64,000 bases of DNA, from contig CAZAOY010000002.1 of the NCBI GenBank assembly GCA_964486925.1, forward strand, positions 14,226 through 78,225, in the 5' to 3' direction. Positions 19,059 through 27,529 of the stretch are shown in pieces. The notes beneath the pieces were generated by a model that saw only the letters and a program-made list of their open reading frames with translations, was not told the DNA's origin and made no database searches. Made by a program: the position numbers and the translations under genes. How positions within the stretch are numbered: the stretch's first letter is position 1; every line of letters starts with the position of its first letter. Source of the DNA: an uncultured Oscillospiraceae bacterium (lineage in GTDB: Bacteria; Bacillota; Clostridia; Oscillospirales; Ruminococcaceae).

Positions 19059-19253
19059 ATGGGTGTTGACTTAATATTTAAGATAGCGGGGATTGGGATA
19101 ATCGTAGCGGTGTTAAATCAGCTATTAGCACGGTCAGGCAGGGAAGAACAGGCGATGATGACCACCCTAGCGGGGCTTATCGTGGTGCTTATGATAATAA
19201 TCTACGAGATTAGAGATCTGTTTGACGTTATAAAGACGATATTCGGACTGTAG
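19059..19253 (+). CDS. spoIIIAC: Stage III sporulation protein AC
   Basis: ORF 19026..19253, with the likely start at ATG 19059, 7 nt after GGAG. MGVDLIFKIAGIGIIVAVLNQLLARSGREEQAMMTTLAGLIVVL is a typical SpoIIIAC two-TM sequence. Confidence 0.85.
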   Translation: MGVDLIFKIAGIGIIVAVLNQLLARSGREEQAMMTTLAGLIVVLMIIIYEIRDLFDVIKTIFGL

Positions 19254-19369
19254 CTATTACTTTCGCACTTAGTAGTAGCAACTGTATTTGCGTTTCTTTG
19301 AATATTAGCTGTAAACAAGAGAAAAAACTAGCGACAATTAAGTGCCAAAGTAAGAAAAGAGGTGGTATT

Positions 19370-19762
19370 ATGGACATATATAAAGTAATGGGGGTAGCGC
19401 TGATAGGGGTTATCCTAAACATACTCTTTAAGCAGTACAAGCCTGAATATGCTTTGTTTGTATCAATCGCTACAGGTACGATAATCTTTACCTACGTTAT
19501 TACCGCTCTAATGCCGGCGTTTGATTCCATTAACCAGATTCTAACCGCCTACAAAAGCTCCTCAATCTACATAATGGCGATTCTAAAGACTTTGGGGATA
19601 TGCTATATCTCCTCATTTATAGCCGACTGCTGTATCGACTGTGGACAGACTGTAATAGCGGGCAAGGTAAATCTTGCGGGAAAGGTTAGCATTGTGGTAA
19701 TATCGCTACCGCTGTTTGACAACATTATACAGCTAGCGGTATCGCTACTTAATAAGGGGTAG
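19370..19762 (+). CDS. spoIIIAD: Stage III sporulation protein AD
   Basis: ORF 19298..19762, with the likely start at ATG 19370, after AGAGGTGG. MDIYKVMGVALIGVILNILFKQYKPEY is a SpoIIIAD-like N-terminus. Four TM segments. Confidence 0.85.
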   Translation: MDIYKVMGVALIGVILNILFKQYKPEYALFVSIATGTIIFTYVITALMPAFDSINQILTAYKSSSIYIMAILKTLGICYISSFIADCCIDCGQTVIAGKVNLAGKVSIVVISLPLFDNIIQLAVSLLNKG

Positions 19763-19766
19763 TGCT

Positions 19767-20918
19767 ATGCGTTTAATAAGGGTGGTGCTTTGGGTTATCG
19801 TAATAGTCCTAATAAGCGGTAGTGGTTGCATTACGGTATCTGCAAAGGAGAAAGAATCCGACCCCATAGAGCAGTTTAACGAGCTGTACGACAGGGCGGG
19901 GGTAGAGGAGATTTGGTACGCTGTACCTGAAGAGAGCCGTGAGCTACTGCGAAAGAACGGTATAGGTGAGATAAGCCCTAGCACGCTGATTAACCTCGAT
20001 GCGGGTAGGGTGTTTACCAATATAATCGACATGTGCAAAAGTCCTATTGATAGGTTTGCCAACACCTTTTTCAGCCTTTTAGGGGTGCTGTTGGTGGCGG
20101 CAATTATCGACGCTATAAAGCACAGCTTTAACTCCGAGCAGTATAACAATGTGTTTGAGGCGGTGACGGTGCTTTCCACTGCGGGGGTTATACTATCGGG
20201 TGCTATCGGACTTGTTAACCAGGTTATAGACAAGCTAGAGCAGACCAATCAGTTTATTCTAAGCTTTATCCCTGTCTACTCGGGGATAATACTGGCTAGC
20301 GGGAAGCCGCTTACCGCCGCGGCTTATAACGGTGCGCTATTTACGGCGATACAGGTTATCACCACCATCTGCGCACAGATGTTACTGCCGTTAATTAGCA
20401 TATATCTTGCAATTACCATCGTCTGCTCGGTGGGCAACATGGTAAATATCAGCAGTATAGGTACTAGCATTAACAAGCTGGTGGTATGGGTTTTATCCTT
20501 TTGTATGACGATATTTATCGGGATACTCTCCATCCAGAGTGTTATCGCAACCGGTGCGGATAATATCGGGTTAAAGGCGACACGGTTTGCAATGAGCTCC
20601 TTTGTGCCTGTAGTTGGCGGTGCTATCGGGGACGCGTTGGCTTCGGTGTATGGTGCGTTAGGTCTGCTTAAATCCACTGTGGGAAGCTTTGGGATCATCA
20701 CAGTAGCGGTAAGCTTTCTGCCTATACTAATAGATATTGTAATGATGATGTTAATCCTAAACATTACCGTAATACTGGCGGACATTCTAGCGGTAACCTC
20801 CGTTAGCAGTATCTGCAAAAATATCAGCCGTGTATTAGGTTTATTGCTAGGGATAATGCTTTGTTTTATCGTGATGATAATAATATCGGTTTCGCTTATG
20901 ATACTTGTGACGGGGTAG
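19767..20918 (+). CDS. spoIIIAE: Stage III sporulation protein AE
   Basis: 383 aa. Signal/TM segment, a soluble ~90-aa segment, then a polytopic membrane domain. It sits directly after spoIIIAD. Confidence 0.85.
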   Translation: MRLIRVVLWVIVIVLISGSGCITVSAKEKESDPIEQFNELYDRAGVEEIWYAVPEESRELLRKNGIGEISPSTLINLDAGRVFTNIIDMCKSPIDRFANTFFSLLGVLLVAAIIDAIKHSFNSEQYNNVFEAVTVLSTAGVILSGAIGLVNQVIDKLEQTNQFILSFIPVYSGIILASGKPLTAAAYNGALFTAIQVITTICAQMLLPLISIYLAITIVCSVGNMVNISSIGTSINKLVVWVLSFCMTIFIGILSIQSVIATGADNIGLKATRFAMSSFVPVVGGAIGDALASVYGALGLLKSTVGSFGIITVAVSFLPILIDIVMMMLILNITVILADILAVTSVSSICKNISRVLGLLLGIMLCFIVMIIISVSLMILVTG

Positions 20919-21056
20919 AAAAATGGGCTTAACATATCTGTAACACATATTAAGCTACCGTCATAATATATGTCATGAGGCAAAACTACAGGAGAAAACA
21001 AAGAGTAAGTACGCTGTAGCCGCCTTATAATAATACATTTTATGGAGGATTTAATT

Positions 21057-21185
21057 ATGTGTAATTGCGGAAACAATGGTTGCGGACTATCTAACATGAG
21101 CCCTTGTACTTGGATCATCATCCTAATCGTCCTATGGTACTTCTGCTGTAATCAAAACAACAGACCTTTTAGCTGTAACGACTAG
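21057..21185 (+). CDS. Candidate 42-aa Cys-rich membrane micro-protein (not in the supplied ORF track)
   Basis: ATG 21057, preceded by GGAGGA with a 7-nt spacer. Translation: MCNCGNNGCGLSNMSPCTWIIILIVLWYFCCNQNNRPFSCND. It has 8 Cys and a central hydrophobic helix. TAG at 21183-21185. A strong terminator lies 85 nt downstream. Confidence 0.4.
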   Translation: MCNCGNNGCGLSNMSPCTWIIILIVLWYFCCNQNNRPFSCND

Positions 21186-21269
21186 TTCCTAAAATGTACC
21201 ATTAAGGGCAACATTACTTACGTAGATAACGTTTTGTAATACTACGCGTAGTAATAGCTAGATAGCGAC

Positions 21270-21302
21270 AAAAATCCCCGCCATATAGGTGGGGATTTTT
21301 TG
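21270..21302 (+). terminator. Rho-independent terminator
   Basis: AAAATCCCCGCC-ATATA-GGTGGGGATTTT, followed by TTTGC. Confidence 0.8.
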
Positions 21303-21467
21303 CTATTTTTGGTTAATTCAAAAGTTTAACTCAAACTATTGAACCAAGCAGTAGAATGTGGTATACTAGTTATAATGTACTGTGCAATAAAACAGCACCA
21401 TTAATAATCTTTGCTAAGAAGTAAAGAGTACTAATATCTAACGAATTAACGTTGAATAGGGAGGGTT

Positions 21468-22349
21468 ATGAGGCCTTATAGTGTATTAAAATCTGTTCTA
21501 GCGCTTGTTGAGGAGGGTTTAACTCGAAGGATAACCATAGAGGAACTAGCTAGAGTGGTGGGGATCTCACAGGTGCATCTACAGCGTATATTTAAATCTG
21601 CCTTTAAAATCCCGATTGCTAGGTATATTAGGCTACGAAAGCTGTCGGTGGGGTTAGAGAGGTTAGCTTTTTCGGATTATCGGGTAATTGATGTTGCAAG
21701 CGAGTTGGGGTTTGAACATGAGCAGTCCTTTATTCGTTGCTTTAAGGGGGAATTTGGGATAACTCCAAGCAGGTTTAAAGGGACAGGTGTAGCTTTAAAA
21801 GCTACACCTGCTTTGACTATGAAGGAGTTTATAAGCACCTCAAATGGAATAATACACATGCCTGATGTGGTAGTGCTTTCGGGGATGGAGCTAGTGGGCA
21901 GGGTAAACTACAATTCACAGGAGGAAGCTCTTGAAAAAGCGCCAAGAGTTGCTATGCAGTTTTGGGAGCAGGACAGGCCAAGGATTAAAAATGCCGTTAA
22001 CCCTGATGTATACATAGGGTTAACCCGCATGGATAGGATGATTAACAAATCGGTGTACTACCTCTCATCCATCCAAACCGCAGGAAAGGGAAAACTTCCA
22101 GATGGGCTTGTGTTTGATAGTTTACCACCCTCTAAGTACCTTCGGTTTTCATATATAGGCAACCACAACTACCAAAAGCTAAACAAAGAGGTAGCGGATG
22201 AGATGTACCGAGCCATCGATGAGTTTATGCGGACAAACACTAGATATATAGCGGACAAAAACATCTTCTTTGAAAGGATTGACGAGAAGCTGAATGACGA
22301 CTTCTACTGTTTTATGGAGTGGTTTACCCCCACTGCGCTAAAGCAATGA
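21468..22349 (+). CDS. AraC-family transcriptional regulator with GyrI-like effector-binding domain
   Basis: 293 aa. N-terminal AraC HTH pair (IEELARVVGISQVHLQRIFK...VASELGFEHEQSFIRCFKGEFGITPSRF). The C-terminal ~160 aa are of GyrI/SOUL-like size. Confidence 0.85.
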   Translation: MRPYSVLKSVLALVEEGLTRRITIEELARVVGISQVHLQRIFKSAFKIPIARYIRLRKLSVGLERLAFSDYRVIDVASELGFEHEQSFIRCFKGEFGITPSRFKGTGVALKATPALTMKEFISTSNGIIHMPDVVVLSGMELVGRVNYNSQEEALEKAPRVAMQFWEQDRPRIKNAVNPDVYIGLTRMDRMINKSVYYLSSIQTAGKGKLPDGLVFDSLPPSKYLRFSYIGNHNYQKLNKEVADEMYRAIDEFMRTNTRYIADKNIFFERIDEKLNDDFYCFMEWFTPTALKQ

Positions 22350-22409
22350 TATAAAATGTTCATCTACACCTTCGCCAAAGTGATATACTTTATGGCGGAG
22401 GTGTTTATT

Positions 22410-23342
22410 ATGGAGAATATTAAACTACGAAAAAGCTTTAACAATGCAATGGAGAGGTTTGTTGAGAAGATTAAGAATTCTAGGCGGTGTCTTGCCGCAT
22501 TTTTAATTGGAAGTGTATCTCATGATCTAATATGGGAGTGGTCGGATCTTCAGATACTAGTTATCTTTGATGACAGCTTTAAAGGAATGCACCATTCCCA
22601 GAGCCAGACTAGGTACCACATAATTGAAGAGGGTGTTCCAATCCTTGTTGATGTACGCAGGAAGAGTGAGTTTATAAGTTATCTGGGCAGTGCGAATGTG
22701 GCAGATTATTACTTTTGTGCAATCTCTAAAAGCACAGCTTTGTTTATAAACGACCCCACAATTAAGGACTACCTTGAGGATATCTTTTACATTGGTGATA
22801 GGGATAGGCAGGGGGAGATGCTTTTAGGATTCTCTAACGCTGTCTACTATATGAACAAGGCAGAAAAGAACTTTAGGGTCAAAAAAAATTCAGAGAATGC
22901 AGTATTCTTTCTGCTACAGGTAGCACAAGGCATTGCCTGGCTAGAGGTAGCAAAATGTAGATTATTTCCCGAACGAGAGATAATCGCACAGGCAAAGAAG
23001 CTAGATCCTAAGCTATTTAGCCGTATCTATGACCGAATGATCTATGAGTCTGTAACCGATCAGATGATAGAAGAGATTATCAGTATAAACCTAGACTATC
23101 TGGTTAGCAATACAAAGGAGGTCTATCTCCCTATACTTAGTTACCTTGAAAAATGGGGCAACCTTGATGGGTTTTCCATGCCAATACGACCAGATGGATT
23201 TGGGATTAACTTTGACTGGCTTCGCCGAATGGGCATTGCTAAGCTAGAGCCTGTACCAATAAAGATAGACTCACAGAATGAGGAGTTTTACCGCTATAGA
23301 TATGCGTTGGACGAAAGGTATAAAGGTGAGGTATATGGATAA
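22410..23342 (+). CDS. Nucleotidyltransferase-fold protein (antibiotic-NTase-like) with a helical C-terminal region
   Basis: ORF 22356..23342, with the likely start at ATG 22410, after GGCGGAGG. Pol-beta-type NTase pattern FLIGSVSHDLIWEWSDLQILVIFDD...VDV, followed by ~230 aa, mostly helical. Confidence 0.55.
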   Translation: MENIKLRKSFNNAMERFVEKIKNSRRCLAAFLIGSVSHDLIWEWSDLQILVIFDDSFKGMHHSQSQTRYHIIEEGVPILVDVRRKSEFISYLGSANVADYYFCAISKSTALFINDPTIKDYLEDIFYIGDRDRQGEMLLGFSNAVYYMNKAEKNFRVKKNSENAVFFLLQVAQGIAWLEVAKCRLFPEREIIAQAKKLDPKLFSRIYDRMIYESVTDQMIEEIISINLDYLVSNTKEVYLPILSYLEKWGNLDGFSMPIRPDGFGINFDWLRRMGIAKLEPVPIKIDSQNEEFYRYRYALDERYKGEVYG

Positions 23343-26211
23343 ATTTATCTATGTTAATGGTGCTAGAGAGAATAACCTAAAGAATGTTACAGTAAAGATC
23401 CCACATGGTAAGCATACGGTGGTTGTGGGGGTTAGCGGGTCGGGGAAGTCGTCACTTGTGTACGACGTTATCTATGCGGCAGGGCAGAAGCGGTTGTTGG
23501 ACTGTTTATCCGAAACCGCGAGGCGGTATACCAATCAGCTAAAACAACCGGATGTAAACTTTATCGACGGGCTTACACCTGTAATCAGCGTTAAGCAGTA
23601 CAAGCCGAATATTAATCCACGCTCCACAATAGGAACACTTTCAGAGATTAGCACCTATCTGCGTTACCTCTACTCCGGCATGGGGCGGGCTCACTGTCCC
23701 GTCTGTAAAAGGGAGTACCATGTTATAACCCTCCAGTACCTTGTAAAGGAGCTTGAGGAATTGCTTCACGGCACGGTAGTTGAGGTCTGCTTTCCCATAT
23801 ATAAGAACAGGGTAATAAAGAGCGAGGATTTTTTTGCAGGGATACGGTCTAAGGGGTATAAAAAGATTTTGGTAGATGATAACCGACTGGATCTGCGGGA
23901 CTGGATAGAGCTTGATGATAATCCCCACTCTATCCTAGTGGTGGCGGGGGTGATTAGGATAGATAAAACTCTTAGCTATAGCGACATAACACTTTTAAGG
24001 ACGGCATTACTACATGGTGAGGGTTTTATAACCATTAAGGCAACTTCAAAAACAAGCAATAATTTAGGACACAAAGCTTTCTTTGAAAGACACGGTTGCC
24101 CAGAGCACGGTATGGTCACCGCAGAGATACTGCCCTCCTTCTTTTCCTTTAATGAGCCCTCCAGCGGTTGTGAGGAGTGTAACGGCTTGGGAATAACTAA
24201 GCTTTGCATACCCGAAGTTGTGGTGCACAACGGGGCTAAGTCGTTACAAAAACGCCCATTTTACCCATTGCTCTTTCTTGATATGAAAAAACCGTATGAC
24301 TACTGCTTGATATACAGCCTTGCAAAGTTTTATAACTTTTCCCTAGACACACCATTTGAGGATCTGCCCGACTTTGCAAAGGAGATATTATTCTATGGCA
24401 CAAAGGGAGAATCTTTTCCCTTTATCCTGCCAGATAGCTACAAAAAGGAGTTACCAGAATACCAAAGAAGCAATATCGGAAATACCGTTTCCTTTGAGGG
24501 AATTGTGAGCAGTATTAACCGATACTACCTAGAACATAAAAACCAAAAGCCTGTGGGTTGGGAGGAGTATCTGTATAACACCTATATGGTAGATGAGATC
24601 TGTCAATCCTGTGGTGGGTCAAGGCTAAAGCCGCAAAGAGGGCTTATTACCATAGAGGGGATTGACTATCATACGGCTGGGGAGATGGAGTTTACCGAGC
24701 TGCAGCGGTTTATCAATAATATTACGGTGCCGAATGAAAGAGCAGATATGCTTCTTCCGCTTTTAAATGAGATTAGATTTAAGGTTAACTCCCTTGTGGA
24801 GATAGGGTTAGGGTATCTTTCGTTAAACCGACGAACTGATACATTATCAGGAGGGGAATATCAGCGGGTACGGTTAGCAGGTCAGATTGGGGCGGGACTA
24901 ATGGGGCTAACCTACATTATTGACGAGCCTACCACAGGGCTTCACAGCGCCGATAATGAGAGGATTGTAAAGCTGATTAACACCCTTATCAGTAAGGGTA
25001 ATACCGTTATTACCATTGAACACGATCCGGAGGTAATAAAAAAGGCAGACCACATTATCGAGGTAGGTAAAGGTGCGGGAGAGAGTGGCGGAGAGATCAT
25101 AGCAGAGGGTTCGCTAGCAGAGATACTAGCCAATGATCGGTCGGTAATAGCCCCATTTTTACGTAGCAATTCAATTGTACACACCATAGAACAGAGTGCA
25201 CCTATTGATGATAACTATATTAAGGTGGTGGGTGCTAAAGCTAACAACCTCAAAGATATTGATGTTTTAATCCCGCTTAACAGGGTTGTCTGCTTAACTG
25301 GAATTTCGGGATCGGGTAAAAGCACTCTAGCTATTGAAGTGTTATACAAGGCGTTTTGGTCAATGTTACACAACACAAGAGTGGTAGCGGGCGAACACCT
25401 AAGGATAGAAGGAATGGAGAGGGTTAAGGACGTTTACTGTATCGATCAGTCCGCTATCGGCACTTCAAAGGTTTCCATTCCAGCTACCTATATGGGGATA
25501 TTTAATGCTATAAGGGAACTCTTTGCTAACTGTGACCAGGCGGTGGGGTTAGGGTTAGACCATATCTCCCACTACTCCTTTAAGTCGGCAGGAGGATGTC
25601 CGTCCTGTAGGGGGGCGGGAGTTATAGATACTCACATTCAATTTCTAGGGGATCTAAGCGTGACCTGCCCTGTATGTAAAGGGGCGAGGTACAAGGATGA
25701 TGTCTTGCAGGTACGGTACAGGGGAAAGACTATAAGTGAGGTTTTAGAACTTACGGTGGAGGCGGCGATACTATTCTTTAGCGACCACCCATACATCATA
25801 AACAAGCTTACCTATATATCTGATCTAGGGCTAGAATATATGAAGCTAGGACAGCCGATAAACACTATATCAGGTGGAGAGTCGCAGCGGTTACGATTAG
25901 CAAAGGAGCTAGGTAAGATCCGCAGGAGCAAGAATATGCTATACATCCTTGACGAGCCCACCACTGGACTACATTCAAAGGATATTAAAAAGCTTATATG
26001 TGTAATAAATAGAATTGTATCAAGTGGCAATACTGTCCTACTCATCGAGCATAATACCGACATAATCCTATCCTCAGATTATATAATCGACATGGGTCCA
26101 AAGGCAGGTAAGGATGGCGGCAAGGTTTTAGTATCTGGCAGTGTGTCAGATGTAATGGACTGTCAGCAGTCGGTAACGGGTCGGTATCTAAGGGAGCTAT
26201 TAGGAAGATAA
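23335..26211 (+). CDS. UvrA-like ABC ATPase (divergent full-length UvrA paralog)
   Basis: ORF 23278..26211, with the likely start at ATG 23335 (MDKFIYVNGARENNLKNV), overlapping the NTase stop by 8 nt. Two ABC modules: GVSGSGKSS / LSGGEYQRVRLAGQIG / IIDEPTTGLH and GISGSGKST / ISGGESQRLRLAKELG / ILDEPTTGLH. UvrA Zn modules are present (CPVCKREY, CEECNGLG, CQSCGGSRL, CPSCRGAG...CPVCKGARY). Normally invariant stretches are diverged (IYAAGQKRLLDCLSETARRYT versus canonical [21 protein letters not shown]). Confidence 0.85.
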   Translation: MDKFIYVNGARENNLKNVTVKIPHGKHTVVVGVSGSGKSSLVYDVIYAAGQKRLLDCLSETARRYTNQLKQPDVNFIDGLTPVISVKQYKPNINPRSTIGTLSEISTYLRYLYSGMGRAHCPVCKREYHVITLQYLVKELEELLHGTVVEVCFPIYKNRVIKSEDFFAGIRSKGYKKILVDDNRLDLRDWIELDDNPHSILVVAGVIRIDKTLSYSDITLLRTALLHGEGFITIKATSKTSNNLGHKAFFERHGCPEHGMVTAEILPSFFSFNEPSSGCEECNGLGITKLCIPEVVVHNGAKSLQKRPFYPLLFLDMKKPYDYCLIYSLAKFYNFSLDTPFEDLPDFAKEILFYGTKGESFPFILPDSYKKELPEYQRSNIGNTVSFEGIVSSINRYYLEHKNQKPVGWEEYLYNTYMVDEICQSCGGSRLKPQRGLITIEGIDYHTAGEMEFTELQRFINNITVPNERADMLLPLLNEIRFKVNSLVEIGLGYLSLNRRTDTLSGGEYQRVRLAGQIGAGLMGLTYIIDEPTTGLHSADNERIVKLINTLISKGNTVITIEHDPEVIKKADHIIEVGKGAGESGGEIIAEGSLAEILANDRSVIAPFLRSNSIVHTIEQSAPIDDNYIKVVGAKANNLKDIDVLIPLNRVVCLTGISGSGKSTLAIEVLYKAFWSMLHNTRVVAGEHLRIEGMERVKDVYCIDQSAIGTSKVSIPATYMGIFNAIRELFANCDQAVGLGLDHISHYSFKSAGGCPSCRGAGVIDTHIQFLGDLSVTCPVCKGARYKDDVLQVRYRGKTISEVLELTVEAAILFFSDHPYIINKLTYISDLGLEYMKLGQPINTISGGESQRLRLAKELGKIRRSKNMLYILDEPTTGLHSKDIKKLICVINRIVSSGNTVLLIEHNTDIILSSDYIIDMGPKAGKDGGKVLVSGSVSDVMDCQQSVTGRYLRELLGR

Positions 26212-26258
26212 AGATAAGCTGTGACGAGGTGGGATCGTTACAGCTTATCTTGTTTTGT
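26211..26258 (+). terminator. Rho-independent terminator
   Basis: AAGATAAGCTGTGACG / CGTTACAGCTTATCTT stem, followed by GTTTTG. Confidence 0.7.
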
Positions 26259-26314
26259 GGTGGGATGTGTTAACTTACTTTATATTAATAATATCTTAAT
26301 TTTACCTTTTTTAA

Positions 26315-26343
26315 TTGAAATCCCCATGTAAAGGTGGTATAAT
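26315..26343 (+). promoter_or_regulatory. SigA-type promoter (extended -10)
   Basis: TTGAAA (26315-26320), 17-nt spacer, TGgTATAAT (26338-26343). Confidence 0.6.
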
Positions 26344-26398
26344 GAATTGATAGCAAAGTTTTGTAATGCTACAACTTTTCAAACCTGAAAGTGAGAGA

Positions 26399-27508
26399 AT
26401 GAGTATGAGTAGATTTGTGGGTAATGAATGCCCCATCTGTAATAAAAAGTTTACCGATAAGGACGATATCGTGGCATGTCCCGAGTGTGGGACACCTTAC
26501 CACCGTGAGTGCATAAAGCAAAATGGTAATACCTGCGTTATGAATAACCTTCACGAAACCCATACCTTCTGGAAGTCTAAGCAGGAGGAGAAGGAGGAGT
26601 TTGCAAAGCGTATGGTGGAGGCTGAGGGGGCGGGTAACGTCTGCCCTCGGTGCGGCACGGTAAACGGCACGCAGGATACACTCTGTAAAATCTGCGGTAG
26701 TGTCCTTGCTCCTGTAGCACAGAAAACACAGGATACCACAAATCCGCCACAGGACACAATAAACCCGCCACAGGATATCCAACATAATCCATATCAAACT
26801 AAAGGCGCAGATATCCCGCCGTTTGGAGCAGACCCAAAGAGTGGGTTTGAACCAAATCAACACTACAACCGCCCGAACATTAACGATACAGATAACCAAA
26901 ATCAGCTACCGCCCGGATTTATGCCCTATAACCCATATACCACACCGTTTGGAGGACTAAATCCGGATGAGTTGATTGATGGGGTTGCGGTAAAGGATCT
27001 AGCGGTGTTTATAGGCAGGGGTTCTGACCAGTATCTTATTAAGTTTAAGATTATGGGTAGGAGCGTTATGACCCTTAACCTTGCGGCGTTTTTCTTTAAC
27101 GGATTGTTCTTTTTATACAGGAAGATGTATGGGCTTGGTACTCTAGTACTGCTTTCATTTGTGGTGCTTTCTGTGCCGGGGATGTTAATCTCACTTAATA
27201 ATATGATTCTATCGGTGCTACCTTCAAAGGCGCTTCCGATTAATGTAGATAATTTAGCTACAATTGCTTCGGTATTTTCTGTGCTTCGGCTTTCGGTAAT
27301 GTTCTTTAGCGGTATGATGGCTAATCGGATCTACAGATCACACTGTATTAGCAAGGTTAAGTCGATTAAGAGTCTTAAGCTTAATGAGCGGGAGTATTAT
27401 GCTACCCTAAATAAGCGTGGTGGGGTAAATATGAATATTATTATCCTGCTGTTAGCGGTGTATTTTGGACTTAGCTTTTTACTCTCTGCATTTATTGTTT
27501 TAAGCTAA
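26399..27508 (+). CDS. Zinc-finger/zinc-ribbon protein with a Pro/Gln-rich linker and a C-terminal DUF2628-like membrane domain
   Basis: ORF 26366..27508, with the likely start at ATG 26399, after GTGAGAG. CPICNKKF...CPECGTPYHRECI (RING/PHD-like) and CPRCGTVNG...CKICG (zinc ribbon). QDT(T/I)NPP repeats. C-terminal TM helices (NGLFFLYRKMYGLG). Confidence 0.6.
   Translation: MSMSRFVGNECPICNKKFTDKDDIVACPECGTPYHRECIKQNGNTCVMNNLHETHTFWKSKQEEKEEFAKRMVEAEGAGNVCPRCGTVNGTQDTLCKICGSVLAPVAQKTQDTTNPPQDTINPPQDIQHNPYQTKGADIPPFGADPKSGFEPNQHYNRPNINDTDNQNQLPPGFMPYNPYTTPFGGLNPDELIDGVAVKDLAVFIGRGSDQYLIKFKIMGRSVMTLNLAAFFFNGLFFLYRKMYGLGTLVLLSFVVLSVPGMLISLNNMILSVLPSKALPINVDNLATIASVFSVLRLSVMFFSGMMANRIYRSHCISKVKSIKSLKLNEREYYATLNKRGGVNMNIIILLLAVYFGLSFLLSAFIVLS
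26729..26791 (+). repeat. 3 x 21-nt in-frame tandem repeat
   Basis: CAGGATACCACAAATCCGCCA / CAGGACACAATAAACCCGCCA / CAGGATATCCAACATAATCCA, encoding QDTTNPP-QDTINPP-QDIQHNP. Confidence 0.6.
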
Positions 27509-27529
27509 GGCATGTTTAAAGGGGTTTAG

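Noticed and set aside
20324-21121. 265-aa antisense ORF covering the 3' half of spoIIIAE and the following intergenic region.
   Set aside because: It is antisense to a gene with clear SpoIIIAE-like membrane topology and operon context. It has no RBS and a low-complexity composition. It also masks the more plausible + strand micro-ORF at 21057.
23335-26211. Considered calling this gene the housekeeping uvrA.
   Set aside because: The sequence is diverged at motifs that are almost invariant in canonical UvrA. There is no adjacent uvrB. The gene is translationally coupled to an NTase-like gene behind an AraC/GyrI regulator. I therefore call it a paralog. Checking the whole genome for a canonical uvrBA locus is needed to confirm this.
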